DNA of 64,000 nucleotides from Tubulanus polymorphus (GCF_964204645.1 NC_134033.1:7076655-7140654), one strand, 5' to 3'. Counted from the stretch's first letter, positions 23,621 through 34,184 are shown. Program-made: numbers and translations. Notes: a model not told the origin generated them from the letters alone.

Positions 23621-24918
23621 AACATAAAATCAATATCATCATACTCGAAATCACTATTGTCTTCTTCATTTTCATTTAATTGTTTAGGTTCTTCTTCCAC
23701 TCCATTTTTCTCATTTAAATAAAGTTCTATCTTGTTCCACATTTCATCTCGCTCTCTTTGTTTCTTTTTGTTTGTTAATTCATCAAATGGAATTATAATA
23801 TCTAGGTTTAAATAATTTACAATCTTATTTAAAAAGAATTCATAATTTATTGAATCTGTTATTCTATTTTCCAAATGATACATTAATATTTGTTTGAATA
23901 TTTTTTTTATATTTTTCATATCTTCTTCTGTTAATTTAGGTTTTTCATAATAATCGTTAAATAATAAATATAAATACATTTTCTTTTCTTTTGTGTTAAA
24001 TGTTGGTGGAATAACTGTTTTTATAATATCTTTTTTAGTTATTTCACCATTTTTATTTTCTATTATTTTCATTTTTTCAAGCCATTGCATATATTCTGGT
24101 GTATGATCTTCTATAGAAAATATTTTAAAAATTTCATCAAGATAATTTAATTTTGGATCTATAAGAAAATTTCTAGTTTTTTCTTCATCCCATAAATTCT
24201 TTTGCCATCCACAATCAACACAAAATAACACAGTACCTTCTTGTCTTAAGGTCGCATAACTACATTGTGGACATTTTCGTTTATAATTTATTGGTAATAG
24301 ATCTTCATTAAGCTCTTGGTATTTTCTTACGTTTTCTTTATGTTTTATTGTTCTATTATGTAGATTTGAATTACTTGTTGTAATAATCAATTTACAATAT
24401 TTACAATAATATGTTTTTCTTGTTAATTCATTATATTGTTTTTCTAACTTTTCAACTGTTTCTTCATTATCTGGTAACGTTTTCTCATATTTTATTTTTT
24501 CTAATAAATTATTTTTTCTTTCATTGAATTCAGTTTCAAATTTATTAGAAATTTTATCTATATGTGCTTTACGAAATTGATGATTCTCCCAATCTTCTTT
24601 ATTATCAGGACAAAATCTTATTCGACAATGCTCACATAAATTATTCTTTACATTATTCTTGTCATAAAATAAAAAAGGTCTTTTCCAAATAACTTCAGGT
24701 TCAACTTCAGCAGAATTACTATCAACATTAGCCGTTGCGCCATTAATTCTAGACTTCTCTGAATGTTTTTTAACATAATTTCTTGAGAATAATTTATTAC
24801 ATTTTGGACAGTTTATTTTAGGGGGTTTATAATTTTCATTATGTTTTTTCATATGTCGAGCCATATTACTTTTTCTTAGAAGTTCACCACAAATTTCACA
24901 TGGTATCTTCTCGTCCAT
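23617..24918 (-). CDS. Multi-C2H2-finger protein fused to a poxvirus A2/VLTF-3-like late transcription factor domain (B-specific)
   Basis: CPQC-x13-CVDC ribbon, then NFLIDPKLNYL, IFKQ...EN...INYEFFLNKI, DEMWNKI; matches vaccinia A2 as I recall it. Confidence 0.72.
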   Translation of the reverse strand: MDEKIPCEICGELLRKSNMARHMKKHNENYKPPKINCPKCNKLFSRNYVKKHSEKSRINGATANVDSNSAEVEPEVIWKRPFLFYDKNNVKNNLCEHCRIRFCPDNKEDWENHQFRKAHIDKISNKFETEFNERKNNLLEKIKYEKTLPDNEETVEKLEKQYNELTRKTYYCKYCKLIITTSNSNLHNRTIKHKENVRKYQELNEDLLPINYKRKCPQCSYATLRQEGTVLFCVDCGWQKNLWDEEKTRNFLIDPKLNYLDEIFKIFSIEDHTPEYMQWLEKMKIIENKNGEITKKDIIKTVIPPTFNTKEKKMYLYLLFNDYYEKPKLTEEDMKNIKKIFKQILMYHLENRITDSINYEFFLNKIVNYLNLDIIIPFDELTNKKKQRERDEMWNKIELYLNEKNGVEEEPKQLNENEEDNSDFEYDDIDFMF

Positions 24919-24951
24919 TTATTAGGGAAAAAAATTACTTGTGGTGATGAG
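24916..24951 (-). promoter_or_regulatory. 36-bp leader, copy 2 (VLTF-3-like gene)
   Basis: Near-exact copy of 18521-18556. Confidence 0.8.
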
Positions 24952-24975
24952 TGTAATTTTTTTATGTTATAAATA

Positions 24976-25773
24976 ATGGTAGAATTAAAAGAATACAGAA
25001 TATTTGTTGATTCTAGAAAACTTATAAATTATAAATCTCATAATTTATTAGTACAATTAGATAGAGAATTTAAGAATTGTGTAGATTTAAAATTAGTAAA
25101 TATAAGTTTATGTAATTCTTTTTATAATATATCGGATAAAACTGATGAACATAGAAGCCTTCTTATTTTTGATAAACTTGAAAAAAAATGGATTCAACTT
25201 ATGCTTACACCAGGATTATATGATTTAGAAACATTAGAGCAAGAAATTAATAGAAAAGCTCGGATTAGATTAGGTAATGGTAATTGTAAATTTAATATTA
25301 AATTCATAAAAAGTGAGAGCTCTAATAAAATTAAAATAAAGCTTGATGATGAACTTATTAAACTTGATAAATCTAATCCATTGATGACAAGAAGACATAC
25401 TTACACAGCAAAAAAACCTATAGCTAAACTATTAGGAATTACTCCAAATCAATTTGGTGGAAACAAACACGGTAACTCAAATATAATACCTTTTACACAC
25501 TTTTATATTTATTGCAATTTAATCGATCCTACAAAAACTTTCGAAGCAACTAAAGATACAACATGTAATTCTAGTATATTAAACATTTTACCATTGAAGA
25601 ATGTTAAACAATTTGGAACGCAAATAAATTATAATTTAGCTGAATGTGATTTTAAACCTTGCATTCCTCATTTTAATAATTTTAGATTAGAAATTAGAAA
25701 TCATAATGGATACTTAATTGATTTAAATAACTTTCCTGTGATATATGAATTAGTTATAAGATGTAGAGAGTAA
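24976..25773 (+). CDS. Minor capsid (penton-like) protein candidate, B
   Basis: Same motifs as 6776-7501; divergent central part. Confidence 0.65.
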   Translation: MVELKEYRIFVDSRKLINYKSHNLLVQLDREFKNCVDLKLVNISLCNSFYNISDKTDEHRSLLIFDKLEKKWIQLMLTPGLYDLETLEQEINRKARIRLGNGNCKFNIKFIKSESSNKIKIKLDDELIKLDKSNPLMTRRHTYTAKKPIAKLLGITPNQFGGNKHGNSNIIPFTHFYIYCNLIDPTKTFEATKDTTCNSSILNILPLKNVKQFGTQINYNLAECDFKPCIPHFNNFRLEIRNHNGYLIDLNNFPVIYELVIRCRE

Positions 25774-25789
25774 TTTTTTCATTATATAA

Positions 25790-26146
25790 ATGAATATAAC
25801 TGTTGGACCGAGTATATGTTTTGGATTTGATTTTAAACATGGTAAAGAAATGAAATTTAACATTAATGATGTAATAACACATATCAAAAATGTTGTATTT
25901 TCTAATGAAACAACATTTGAGTATGAAACAACAATTGATAAAGAAACTTTAAATGTAGAAAAGATTACTAATTTAATTAGAGAATCTTTAAGATTTTATG
26001 AATTAGATGAAGATTTTATCATCGATGATATTAAAAAAATAATAATTGAAATATATACAAATGAAACTAGTAATAAAATAAATGTTGAATTAATCATCAC
26101 TAAGTTAACTAAATATTTTGATGATAGTAATTTTTTTGATAAATAA
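25790..26146 (+). CDS. Conserved hypothetical protein, B
   Basis: ORF with a homolog in A and TAAATG start. Confidence 0.8.
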   Translation: MNITVGPSICFGFDFKHGKEMKFNINDVITHIKNVVFSNETTFEYETTIDKETLNVEKITNLIRESLRFYELDEDFIIDDIKKIIIEIYTNETSNKINVELIITKLTKYFDDSNFFDK

Positions 26147-26368
26147 ATGAGTGATAATAAGTGGATAATAACTGGATTATATAATGGAGCATTACTATCA
26201 GTTGGAACTGTTGGTTATTCAATGGTATTAAAAAAAGTATTCAAAATGGGAAGTGTTAATGTTGATAGATTTGATATCAATGATATTTTAAAGTTAACGT
26301 TAGCAGTTACTTTATCTAATTTAACTATTGATTATTTGGAAAAACAAAAATATATTCCTCCCATATAA
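26147..26368 (+). CDS. Small hydrophobic or membrane protein, B
   Basis: ORF with a homolog in A; two hydrophobic stretches. Confidence 0.78.
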   Translation: MSDNKWIITGLYNGALLSVGTVGYSMVLKKVFKMGSVNVDRFDINDILKLTLAVTLSNLTIDYLEKQKYIPPI

Positions 26369-26392
26369 ATGCATAATTTTTTTGCTAAATAA

Positions 26393-26815
26393 ATGGCTTC
26401 TGCAATTATAACTATTATAGGATCAGCAATTGTTAACGCTTTAGCATTTACTGGTGGTGGATATTTATTTAAACATATTGATAAAAATAGTTCATTAGGA
26501 GAACAAAGAAGACATAACTTAGCGTTAGAGAAATATAATAAAGATGCAGAAGAATATAGAGAAAAGAGACAAAACTATATGGATTACATCAATAAAGAAT
26601 TATATGATCAGAAGATTTCACATAGAGATTTTCAATCAGTTGATGATGCAATGAGTTTATATAACGCAGTAACAAATAAAGAAAAATTACATCTATACAA
26701 ACCTAAATTATCAGATTATTATACCCCAAGTAAAGAACAACAGAAATATGAAATAATATGGATTTTAGGTGGAACTGTTATTGTTATATTTGTTGCTTAT
26801 AAGTTTACTAATTAG
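26393..26815 (+). CDS. Membrane protein, B
   Basis: Hydrophobic N- and C-termini around a coiled region; homolog in A. Confidence 0.8.
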   Translation: MASAIITIIGSAIVNALAFTGGGYLFKHIDKNSSLGEQRRHNLALEKYNKDAEEYREKRQNYMDYINKELYDQKISHRDFQSVDDAMSLYNAVTNKEKLHLYKPKLSDYYTPSKEQQKYEIIWILGGTVIVIFVAYKFTN

Positions 26816-26834
26816 TAATTTTTATTCTAAATAA

Positions 26835-27269
26835 ATGGAAGATAAAGTTGATAGTATTGATATTATTCCTCATGATATAAATAAAACTAAATTAAAAACA
26901 TATTTAGAAAAACAAATATTAGAATTTGAAAGTGACTTAAAGATAAAAAAGAAAAAATATCTAAAAAGTAAAATTATATATTATCTTATTATTAGTGGTT
27001 CGGTTACAATTAGTTCTGTAATAACATTTCTAGCAATATTCAGTCCATTAACACCTTTAGCTATATCAATTGGTGTGTTAGGATTAAGTTCAAGTGTTTT
27101 AACTGGTATAAGTTCAAAATTAAATATAAAAAGTAATAAAGAAAAAATGAAAACTAATATAAAAGAAATTAATAAATTAAAGAACACACTAGATTATATA
27201 ATAAGTTTAAATGGTCATATAACAGTTGAAGAACAAGATAAATTATTAAAAGAATTAATAAATTATTAA
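26835..27269 (+). CDS. Two-TM protein, B
   Basis: Central hydrophobic hairpin flanked by basic helices. Confidence 0.8.
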   Translation: MEDKVDSIDIIPHDINKTKLKTYLEKQILEFESDLKIKKKKYLKSKIIYYLIISGSVTISSVITFLAIFSPLTPLAISIGVLGLSSSVLTGISSKLNIKSNKEKMKTNIKEINKLKNTLDYIISLNGHITVEEQDKLLKELINY

Positions 27270-27285
27270 TTTTTTAATTATATAA

Positions 27286-28701
27286 ATGGCAGATAGTTTT
27301 CCAAAAGCTTTCCAATACAATAAATCAATTAAATATAATATTCCAGCAATAGATTTTAATAAAGATATTACATATAGAAATGAAGTTTTAGATTCATTAA
27401 CTAATTTAGAAATTTATGTTACTGAAACTAATAATTTTAATGCAAAGATGGAAAATATATTTCATGTATATTTAATTAATTTTAAAAAATTGAAAGATGA
27501 AAAACAATGGTTATTAAAATCTAATATGAAGTATTGGCAGAATCAATTAAATTTTGCTGTTTATTGTGCAACAACAGGATGTGGAATTAGTTGGAATGAT
27601 CATTTGAATAATTCTAAATATAAACTAATTCAAAGTTTATTTAGATTTCATACATACTTTCAAATCAGAATAATATTAAATGAATTAGAGTGCGCTTTAC
27701 CAGGATCTAGATATTTTAAAGAATTAGATAATAATATTAATTTATCTAAGTTTTATAAAATTTGTAATGAATTTAATATAGATATAAATAATTCTGATTT
27801 TAGAACAAAAATTGGAACAATAAGATCACTTCCTTGCCCTAGAAAGATTGCAGAATATTGTGCACTTCCCATACCATCTAATAGTTTTTATAATATCTAT
27901 AATAAAAAATTAGGTTATGGTAAAATAGAAACAAACGATTTAGAAACATTAAATTTCAATAAATTACCGAAATTTTATGATCATTTAAAACAAGAAAACA
28001 ATAATGGTTGGGTTTATTTTATTTTAGAAAATAGTGAAGGTTTTACTAAATCAGGTATAGAAAGAATAAATCAATCTATTAGAACTTATTTGATTTGTAT
28101 TCTAGGATCACAAGTTGAAACAAGATCCCCAATAATTGGAAATTTAAATACATCATTTGATACACAAAAACAATTTAAAGTTTTATTTGAAGATTCAATT
28201 CATAATGATAAAAATAGATCGATTCCAGAAAACATTATAAGATATCAAAATTATTTAGATAAATCTCATGTAAGACTTAATTATTGTATAGGCCCTAATC
28301 TATTAATTATTTCTAATGATTTAGTATTAAAGATGGGAAATATAATTGGTTATAATAATCTAATTAAAACTGCAACAATAAATAATTCATTTGGATTGAA
28401 TGATATAAATAAAAAGATTATTACTGCTCCAAAATTAATGGAAGGTGAAAAAAATAAAAAACACATTCAATCAACTGAAACTAAAACTAAGAATATTAAA
28501 TTAAATAATGATTCTAAAATAAAAGATTATAATACATCAGAAAATAATAGAACTGATAATGGTGCCATATGGCACCCACACGGTGATATTCAACATGATG
28601 TAATTAAACTAAATGATGATAATAAATTCCATGAAAATACTAAATTAGCTATAACTTGTATAGGAATTGTTATAGGAGGAATATTATATTTTAAATTTTA
28701 A
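27286..28701 (+). CDS. C-terminally anchored putative virion protein, B
   Basis: 471-aa ORF, QNQLNFAVYCATTGCGIS motif, C-terminal TM; homolog in A. Confidence 0.8.
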   Translation: MADSFPKAFQYNKSIKYNIPAIDFNKDITYRNEVLDSLTNLEIYVTETNNFNAKMENIFHVYLINFKKLKDEKQWLLKSNMKYWQNQLNFAVYCATTGCGISWNDHLNNSKYKLIQSLFRFHTYFQIRIILNELECALPGSRYFKELDNNINLSKFYKICNEFNIDINNSDFRTKIGTIRSLPCPRKIAEYCALPIPSNSFYNIYNKKLGYGKIETNDLETLNFNKLPKFYDHLKQENNNGWVYFILENSEGFTKSGIERINQSIRTYLICILGSQVETRSPIIGNLNTSFDTQKQFKVLFEDSIHNDKNRSIPENIIRYQNYLDKSHVRLNYCIGPNLLIISNDLVLKMGNIIGYNNLIKTATINNSFGLNDINKKIITAPKLMEGEKNKKHIQSTETKTKNIKLNNDSKIKDYNTSENNRTDNGAIWHPHGDIQHDVIKLNDDNKFHENTKLAITCIGIVIGGILYFKF

Positions 28702-28717
28702 TTTTTTTATTATATAA

Positions 28718-30253
28718 ATGGATGTAGAAGGTGTAGAAGATATTGGAATGGATCCTTTTGATGAACCTGGTATAACTGATGAACAACCACCTGATTTTGA
28801 TGAAACAAGTTTTAATGATGGTAATGAACCAGAATATAACAATAATTTAAATATGCCTGATTATATTAAAAATGCTGAATCACAATTAAATCCTGAAAAT
28901 TTAGACCCAGATTTAGTAAAACAAGATTTAGATAATTTAAACAAAATACCTAAATTAGAAGATTTAATTGAAAAATCTAATTTTAACATAAATGATGAAG
29001 ACGTTGGACTTTTAGCAGATCAATTAAAATTTTTAGATAATGGTAAATGTTATTATCGTTTGAAAGGTGATTATTATATTGATATCACTTATAAAAATAA
29101 TAAAAATAAAATATTATCAGAATCAACTTTAGAAAAATTAAAACCAGATAGAATTAAAATAATAAGTAATAGTAATGAAATAACTGATGTTACACAAAAA
29201 GAAATAGATGATAATATAGATGTATTTAAACAAAGAATTAATGAATTATTTGAAATAATCAAAAAGAAATCAGAAACAGAAATGGAAGAGAATAGAGATA
29301 AATTAAGATCTTCAACACCCGAAACATCGAGAAGAGACACTCAACAAATTGATAATGATTTAAGTCAATCACAATTAGAAAAACGTTTAGATAACTTACT
29401 GAATAAAACTTCCAAAACTAGTAAACTTAAATCAAATAAAGTTCTAATTGAAAAACTTTTACCGAATGGATTACTTGATGCAACAGATCAAGAATTAGAA
29501 GATTTAGATATATTTTCTGATAAAGCAATTAGAGAAATTATTAGTATAAGACTTGCATCTGATAAAATTGCGCATAATAAAAGTATAAGAGATCAAAAAA
29601 TTACGTATTTGGAAAAAGAATTAACTGATAAAAATAAAGAAATAGAACAACTAAAGTCTGATTTAGATCATCAAGTAATTGATGAAATAGAATATAGGCA
29701 AAAAGAATTACGTTTAGAAAAAGAAATTAGTAATTTAAAAGATAATTTAGAAGTACAGAAAGAAGAAATTAAATTATTGTTAAAATCATATGATTATAAT
29801 ATTAATAGATTAAAAGTTATTTTTAAAGATTTGTTGATTAAACCAAATTCTGACATATCACTAAAAGATAGAATAAGATTATTATTTAAATTAGAAGGAA
29901 TAACAATTCTTTCAATTCTAACATCTGTAACTATGTTATTTACAACAATTGGTTTAGCTATATCAAATGCTTTGAAATCTACTCCTACTCCCAATAAACC
30001 AGATAAACCTCCAGGAAATAATTCTATACAAGATAAAGTTAAGGATGGTTTAAAGAAATTAGCAAAATATTTATGGGAACTATCTAAAAAATCTGCTGCA
30101 GCTTTACCAGGAGTTATTGCTTCAATTGTTGGTTTTATATTGAAATCTGCAGGAAACATTATTAACTTTGCTGCTGAACATATTATTTTATTTTTAATTA
30201 CAGTTGTAAGTGCTATTATTTTTGGGTTAGTGAATATGATTAAAAATAAATAA
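28718..30253 (+). CDS. Acidic/coiled-coil protein with C-terminal TM helices, B
   Basis: 511-aa ORF with heptad-rich middle and 2-3 hydrophobic helices. Confidence 0.8.
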   Translation: MDVEGVEDIGMDPFDEPGITDEQPPDFDETSFNDGNEPEYNNNLNMPDYIKNAESQLNPENLDPDLVKQDLDNLNKIPKLEDLIEKSNFNINDEDVGLLADQLKFLDNGKCYYRLKGDYYIDITYKNNKNKILSESTLEKLKPDRIKIISNSNEITDVTQKEIDDNIDVFKQRINELFEIIKKKSETEMEENRDKLRSSTPETSRRDTQQIDNDLSQSQLEKRLDNLLNKTSKTSKLKSNKVLIEKLLPNGLLDATDQELEDLDIFSDKAIREIISIRLASDKIAHNKSIRDQKITYLEKELTDKNKEIEQLKSDLDHQVIDEIEYRQKELRLEKEISNLKDNLEVQKEEIKLLLKSYDYNINRLKVIFKDLLIKPNSDISLKDRIRLLFKLEGITILSILTSVTMLFTTIGLAISNALKSTPTPNKPDKPPGNNSIQDKVKDGLKKLAKYLWELSKKSAAALPGVIASIVGFILKSAGNIINFAAEHIILFLITVVSAIIFGLVNMIKNK

Positions 30254-30273
30254 TTAATTTTTTTGTTTAATAA

Positions 30274-31521
30274 ATGAGTGGGAGTTATATAAGTCCTTCT
30301 AAGATTTCTAGAATATCTAATGCTATTAAAGCAGAAAGATCACATCATATAATTACTCATAACCCTTCAAATATTAATCCTGATGAAACTTTATATGTTA
30401 GAATCCCTCAATTAACACAAAATACTTTTTATGTTCCAAACAGTATTTATTTATCAGCTGATATAAAAGTAATCGGTAATAATAATAATTATGTCGTTGA
30501 TAATGTTGGAAGATATTTGATTAAAAAGTTAACAATAAAGATTGGTCCAGAAACAGTTTTCTCATTAGATGATTATAATTTATTTATGCATTATAAAGAT
30601 TTATGGTTAACTAAAGAAAATAGAAATAATATGATATTTCAAGGCATCCAATCAGAAAACCAAAATAAATTAAGATCAGAAGCTAATAACGCAATATTAA
30701 CAAATGATGTAGATAAATTGATAAAAAGTATATATGGAAGCAAATATAAAATTCCATTAGACTTTGAATTGATAAATAATAATGCACCTTTATATAAATA
30801 CGCAATTCAAGAAGATATTATATTTGAGATAACATTTGCTCCTGTAAATGAAATTGTATTATCTAGCGTTGTTAAAGATATGAGTTATAAATTATCGAAT
30901 ATATGTTTAGAATATGATACAGTAACTGATGAAAATATTGCTAGCACAATTCAAACTCAATACAATCAAGGATTTTCATTATTATATGATTATATTGATA
31001 AATTTAAAACTGTAACTATTAATGCAAATGATGAAATAATAAATGAGAATATTAACTTCCCAAGAAGATCTATTAAAGGTATATTAATATTTTTTACCAT
31101 TGGAACGTATACTAATGGTGCAATAAATGTTGATAATTATTATAATCCTGAAATAACAAAAGTAGAAATAACTATCGAAGGAATAGCAAATAAAATATTT
31201 TGTCAAGGAATGAGAATGATAGATCAATGGGTAGAAATTAAAAAACATTTTATGAATGAAAAAGTAAAATCATTTGAAAATTGTAACATTAATCAAATTG
31301 ATTATTATACCGGTAATAAATATGCATTATGGTTAGATTTTAGAACAACTGAAGATAATTCATTACATGGTTCTGGAAAAAAACTACAGAACACTAAAGA
31401 TGGAATACAATTATTTATGAAAAAGAAAAAGGGAATCAAAAATTTTAAAATGCATATTTATATTATATCTGATGCGCAATTAAATATTATAAATTCACAA
31501 TTAGATAGTATTCAATATTAG
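30274..31521 (+). CDS. Major capsid protein candidate (double jelly-roll expected), B
   Basis: 415 aa, beta-rich, highly conserved between A and B, size and position as expected; fold not verified. Confidence 0.75.
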   Translation: MSGSYISPSKISRISNAIKAERSHHIITHNPSNINPDETLYVRIPQLTQNTFYVPNSIYLSADIKVIGNNNNYVVDNVGRYLIKKLTIKIGPETVFSLDDYNLFMHYKDLWLTKENRNNMIFQGIQSENQNKLRSEANNAILTNDVDKLIKSIYGSKYKIPLDFELINNNAPLYKYAIQEDIIFEITFAPVNEIVLSSVVKDMSYKLSNICLEYDTVTDENIASTIQTQYNQGFSLLYDYIDKFKTVTINANDEIINENINFPRRSIKGILIFFTIGTYTNGAINVDNYYNPEITKVEITIEGIANKIFCQGMRMIDQWVEIKKHFMNEKVKSFENCNINQIDYYTGNKYALWLDFRTTEDNSLHGSGKKLQNTKDGIQLFMKKKKGIKNFKMHIYIISDAQLNIINSQLDSIQY

Positions 31522-31551
31522 AAATATAAAGTTAAAATTAAGGATATATAA

Positions 31552-32679
31552 ATGGGAGGTAAAAAAACCCCTAATACTAAAGAACAATATTTAAGAAATT
31601 TATATTACAACCCTGAGAGTTCGGTTGCTTATTCTTCTACTAAAAATATATGGCGTAAAGTAAAACAAGATAAATTAGATAAGATAATCCCACAAAATTT
31701 AGTTAAATATAAAGATATAAATGAATTTATGTTAGAACAACCAACGTATACAACACATAAAAAAATTGTTAGAAAATATAAAACTCGTAAAACTATGGTA
31801 AGTTATGTAGATCAACAGTGGCAAGGAGATTTAATTGATATGAAAAATCTTAAAAAAGATAATAATGATTATTGGTGGATATTGAATATAATTGATATTT
31901 TTAGTCGTTATGTATGGAGTTTCCCACTTTATAGAAAAGATGCTGCACAAACATCACATGTTTTAAGAAAATTTCTTTCAGGTGGTAAACTAAAACCAGA
32001 AAAAATTCAATTTGATGATGGAAAAGAGTTTGATAATTCATTTGTTCATGAACTCTTAGATAATCATAATATTAAATATTTTTCAACAAAATCGGATAAA
32101 AAAGCAGCAGTTGTTGAACGATTTAATAGAACATTAAGAACAAGAATGTGGAAATATTTTACAGCAAATAATACTTTTAAATGGATTGATGTTTTACCAA
32201 AATTGATAGAAGGATATAATAATTCTTATCATTCTTCTATTGGAATGAAACCTATTGATGCTAGAAAATCTGAAAATGCTGAAATTGTTTGGAATAATTT
32301 ATATGGAGCATTTCTTATAGATGATTTTGGTGAACCTAAATTTAAAGTTGGTCAAAATGTTAGAATTTCTAAGTATAAAAAGATATTTGATAAAGGATAC
32401 GATCGAAATTTTACTAGAGAAATATATAAAATAAAAAAGGTAATAACAACAAAACCATATGTCTATAAATTAGAAGATTTAGATGGTGAAGAAGTTGATG
32501 GATATTTTTACGAAGAAGAATTAAGTTTAACTACTGAAAATCTAGAACAAGAATATAAAATTGAAAAAGTATTAAAAACAAAAACTGTTAAAAGAAAAAA
32601 ATATTCTTTAGTAAAATGGGTTGGATGGCCAGATAAATTCAATGAATGGATATTATCAAGTAAAATTAAAAATATATAA
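31552..32679 (+). CDS. rve integrase with C-terminal chromodomain, B
   Basis: WQGDLID, IQFDDGKEF, VVERFNRT; YKIEKVLK...LVKWVGWPDKFNEWI. Confidence 0.95.
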   Translation: MGGKKTPNTKEQYLRNLYYNPESSVAYSSTKNIWRKVKQDKLDKIIPQNLVKYKDINEFMLEQPTYTTHKKIVRKYKTRKTMVSYVDQQWQGDLIDMKNLKKDNNDYWWILNIIDIFSRYVWSFPLYRKDAAQTSHVLRKFLSGGKLKPEKIQFDDGKEFDNSFVHELLDNHNIKYFSTKSDKKAAVVERFNRTLRTRMWKYFTANNTFKWIDVLPKLIEGYNNSYHSSIGMKPIDARKSENAEIVWNNLYGAFLIDDFGEPKFKVGQNVRISKYKKIFDKGYDRNFTREIYKIKKVITTKPYVYKLEDLDGEEVDGYFYEEELSLTTENLEQEYKIEKVLKTKTVKRKKYSLVKWVGWPDKFNEWILSSKIKNI

Positions 32680-33288
32680 ATGAATAAGGAATTATTCATA
32701 TTTGAGCCTCATAATATGTTAATTTCTGGTGTAACAAATTGTGGAAAAACTTATTTTATATTACATTTATTATAAACTGTTTATGAAAACTATTTTGATA
32801 ATATAGTATTATTTTGTCCAACATATGAATTTAATCAAACTTATGATAAAAATATTACTAGGAATAATAAATTTATTATATTAGATCCTAAAACAGTAAA
32901 AGAAAATTTAGATAATTGTATAAAAATAGCAATTGATATTTATAAAGGATCAAATACATTATTTATCATAGATGATTGTGCTAATCTACATGATTCAAAA
33001 GTTAGAGAAAGTGAGTTATGTTATTTGGCTTTCTCTGGGAGACATTTTGGGATAACAACTTGGGTTTTAAATCAGAAATATAATTCAATTGTGAAAGATT
33101 TTAGAGAAAACATTAGATTTCTAGTTTTATTCTACAATAAAGATAGAAAATCGATGAAAAATGCACTTGAGGAAAATGATATTATTCCACATGATTTACA
33201 TAATGAATATATGGATAAGTTGAAAAATATTAAAAGATCAAAATTACTATTTAGATTACAACACCCATTTAAATATGAATTTATTTAA
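32680..33288 (+). pseudogene. A32/FtsK-HerA-type packaging ATPase, B (nonsense at 32773-32775)
   Basis: GVTNCGKT Walker A, FIIDD Walker B, SGRH. Confidence 0.9.
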
Positions 33289-33289
33289 A

Positions 33290-33562
33290 TTCAACTGGCT
33301 TGTTAATCTAGTTGAATTCTAGTTATTGGTAGTTGAATTCTAGTTATTAGTAGTTGTAACAAAAATCAAATAGATTTAACAATATTTTAACTAGCTTGTT
33401 AATCTATTTTAATTCTAGTTACATTCTAGTTGAATTCTAGTTGTGAGTAGTTGAAACAAAAATCAACTAGATTTAACAAGAAATAAACAAAAACACTAAT
33501 ATTTCAACTAGCTTGTTAATCTAGTTGAATTCTAGTTACATTCTAGTTAAATTCTAGTTGCA
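33290..33562. repeat. Array of CTAGTT(GAATT) motifs in about three higher-order units
   Basis: AACT(A/G)GCTTGTTAATCTA three times; TAGTT more than ten times. Confidence 0.8.
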
Positions 33563-33593
33563 ACATCACACAATTAATTTTTTTGTTATATAA

Positions 33594-34184
33594 ATGGTAG
33601 GTGAAAAGAAAAGAAAATCTAAAAATGGTGATGTTCCAATTGAAAAAACTTTAGATGATTTAGGAATAACAGAAACAAAATTAACTCCAGATGATGGTGT
33701 TTTAAATAATGTTACAACAAATAATAATTATGAATATTATCTTTATTGCAAACATCAATTAGAAATATTAATAGCATCTGGAAAATGTAAAAATTTTGTC
33801 AGTAAAAATTTAACTTATAATGAATTAGACACAATGAAATCAGATGAAATTATTAGATTATTTAAGATTTATGAAGCCGCGAGAACAGCTAGAATTAATG
33901 ACGCGATATCAGAAAATGTAGTAAAAGGTTATAGTAAATTATGTAATTATATACTACCAATTGAAGATGAAAATAGATTATATTCCGATTTAAAAAATGA
34001 TTATTTAGTTATGACTGAATTAAATAAATGGATTGGATATTTATCATTTCAATTAGGTGGATTTATGACATTATTATCAACTGGAGTTATAACATTTTCA
34101 AATATTGAAAGTAAAAATATTTCTATAATAAATGAGCGAGGTGAAAGAAGTGAAGAAAAAATCGAGATCTCAGAAACAAATTGA
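33594..34184 (+). CDS. Conserved protein with a C-terminal hydrophobic segment, B
   Basis: 196-aa ORF; homolog in A. Confidence 0.8.
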   Translation: MVGEKKRKSKNGDVPIEKTLDDLGITETKLTPDDGVLNNVTTNNNYEYYLYCKHQLEILIASGKCKNFVSKNLTYNELDTMKSDEIIRLFKIYEAARTARINDAISENVVKGYSKLCNYILPIEDENRLYSDLKNDYLVMTELNKWIGYLSFQLGGFMTLLSTGVITFSNIESKNISIINERGERSEEKIEISETN

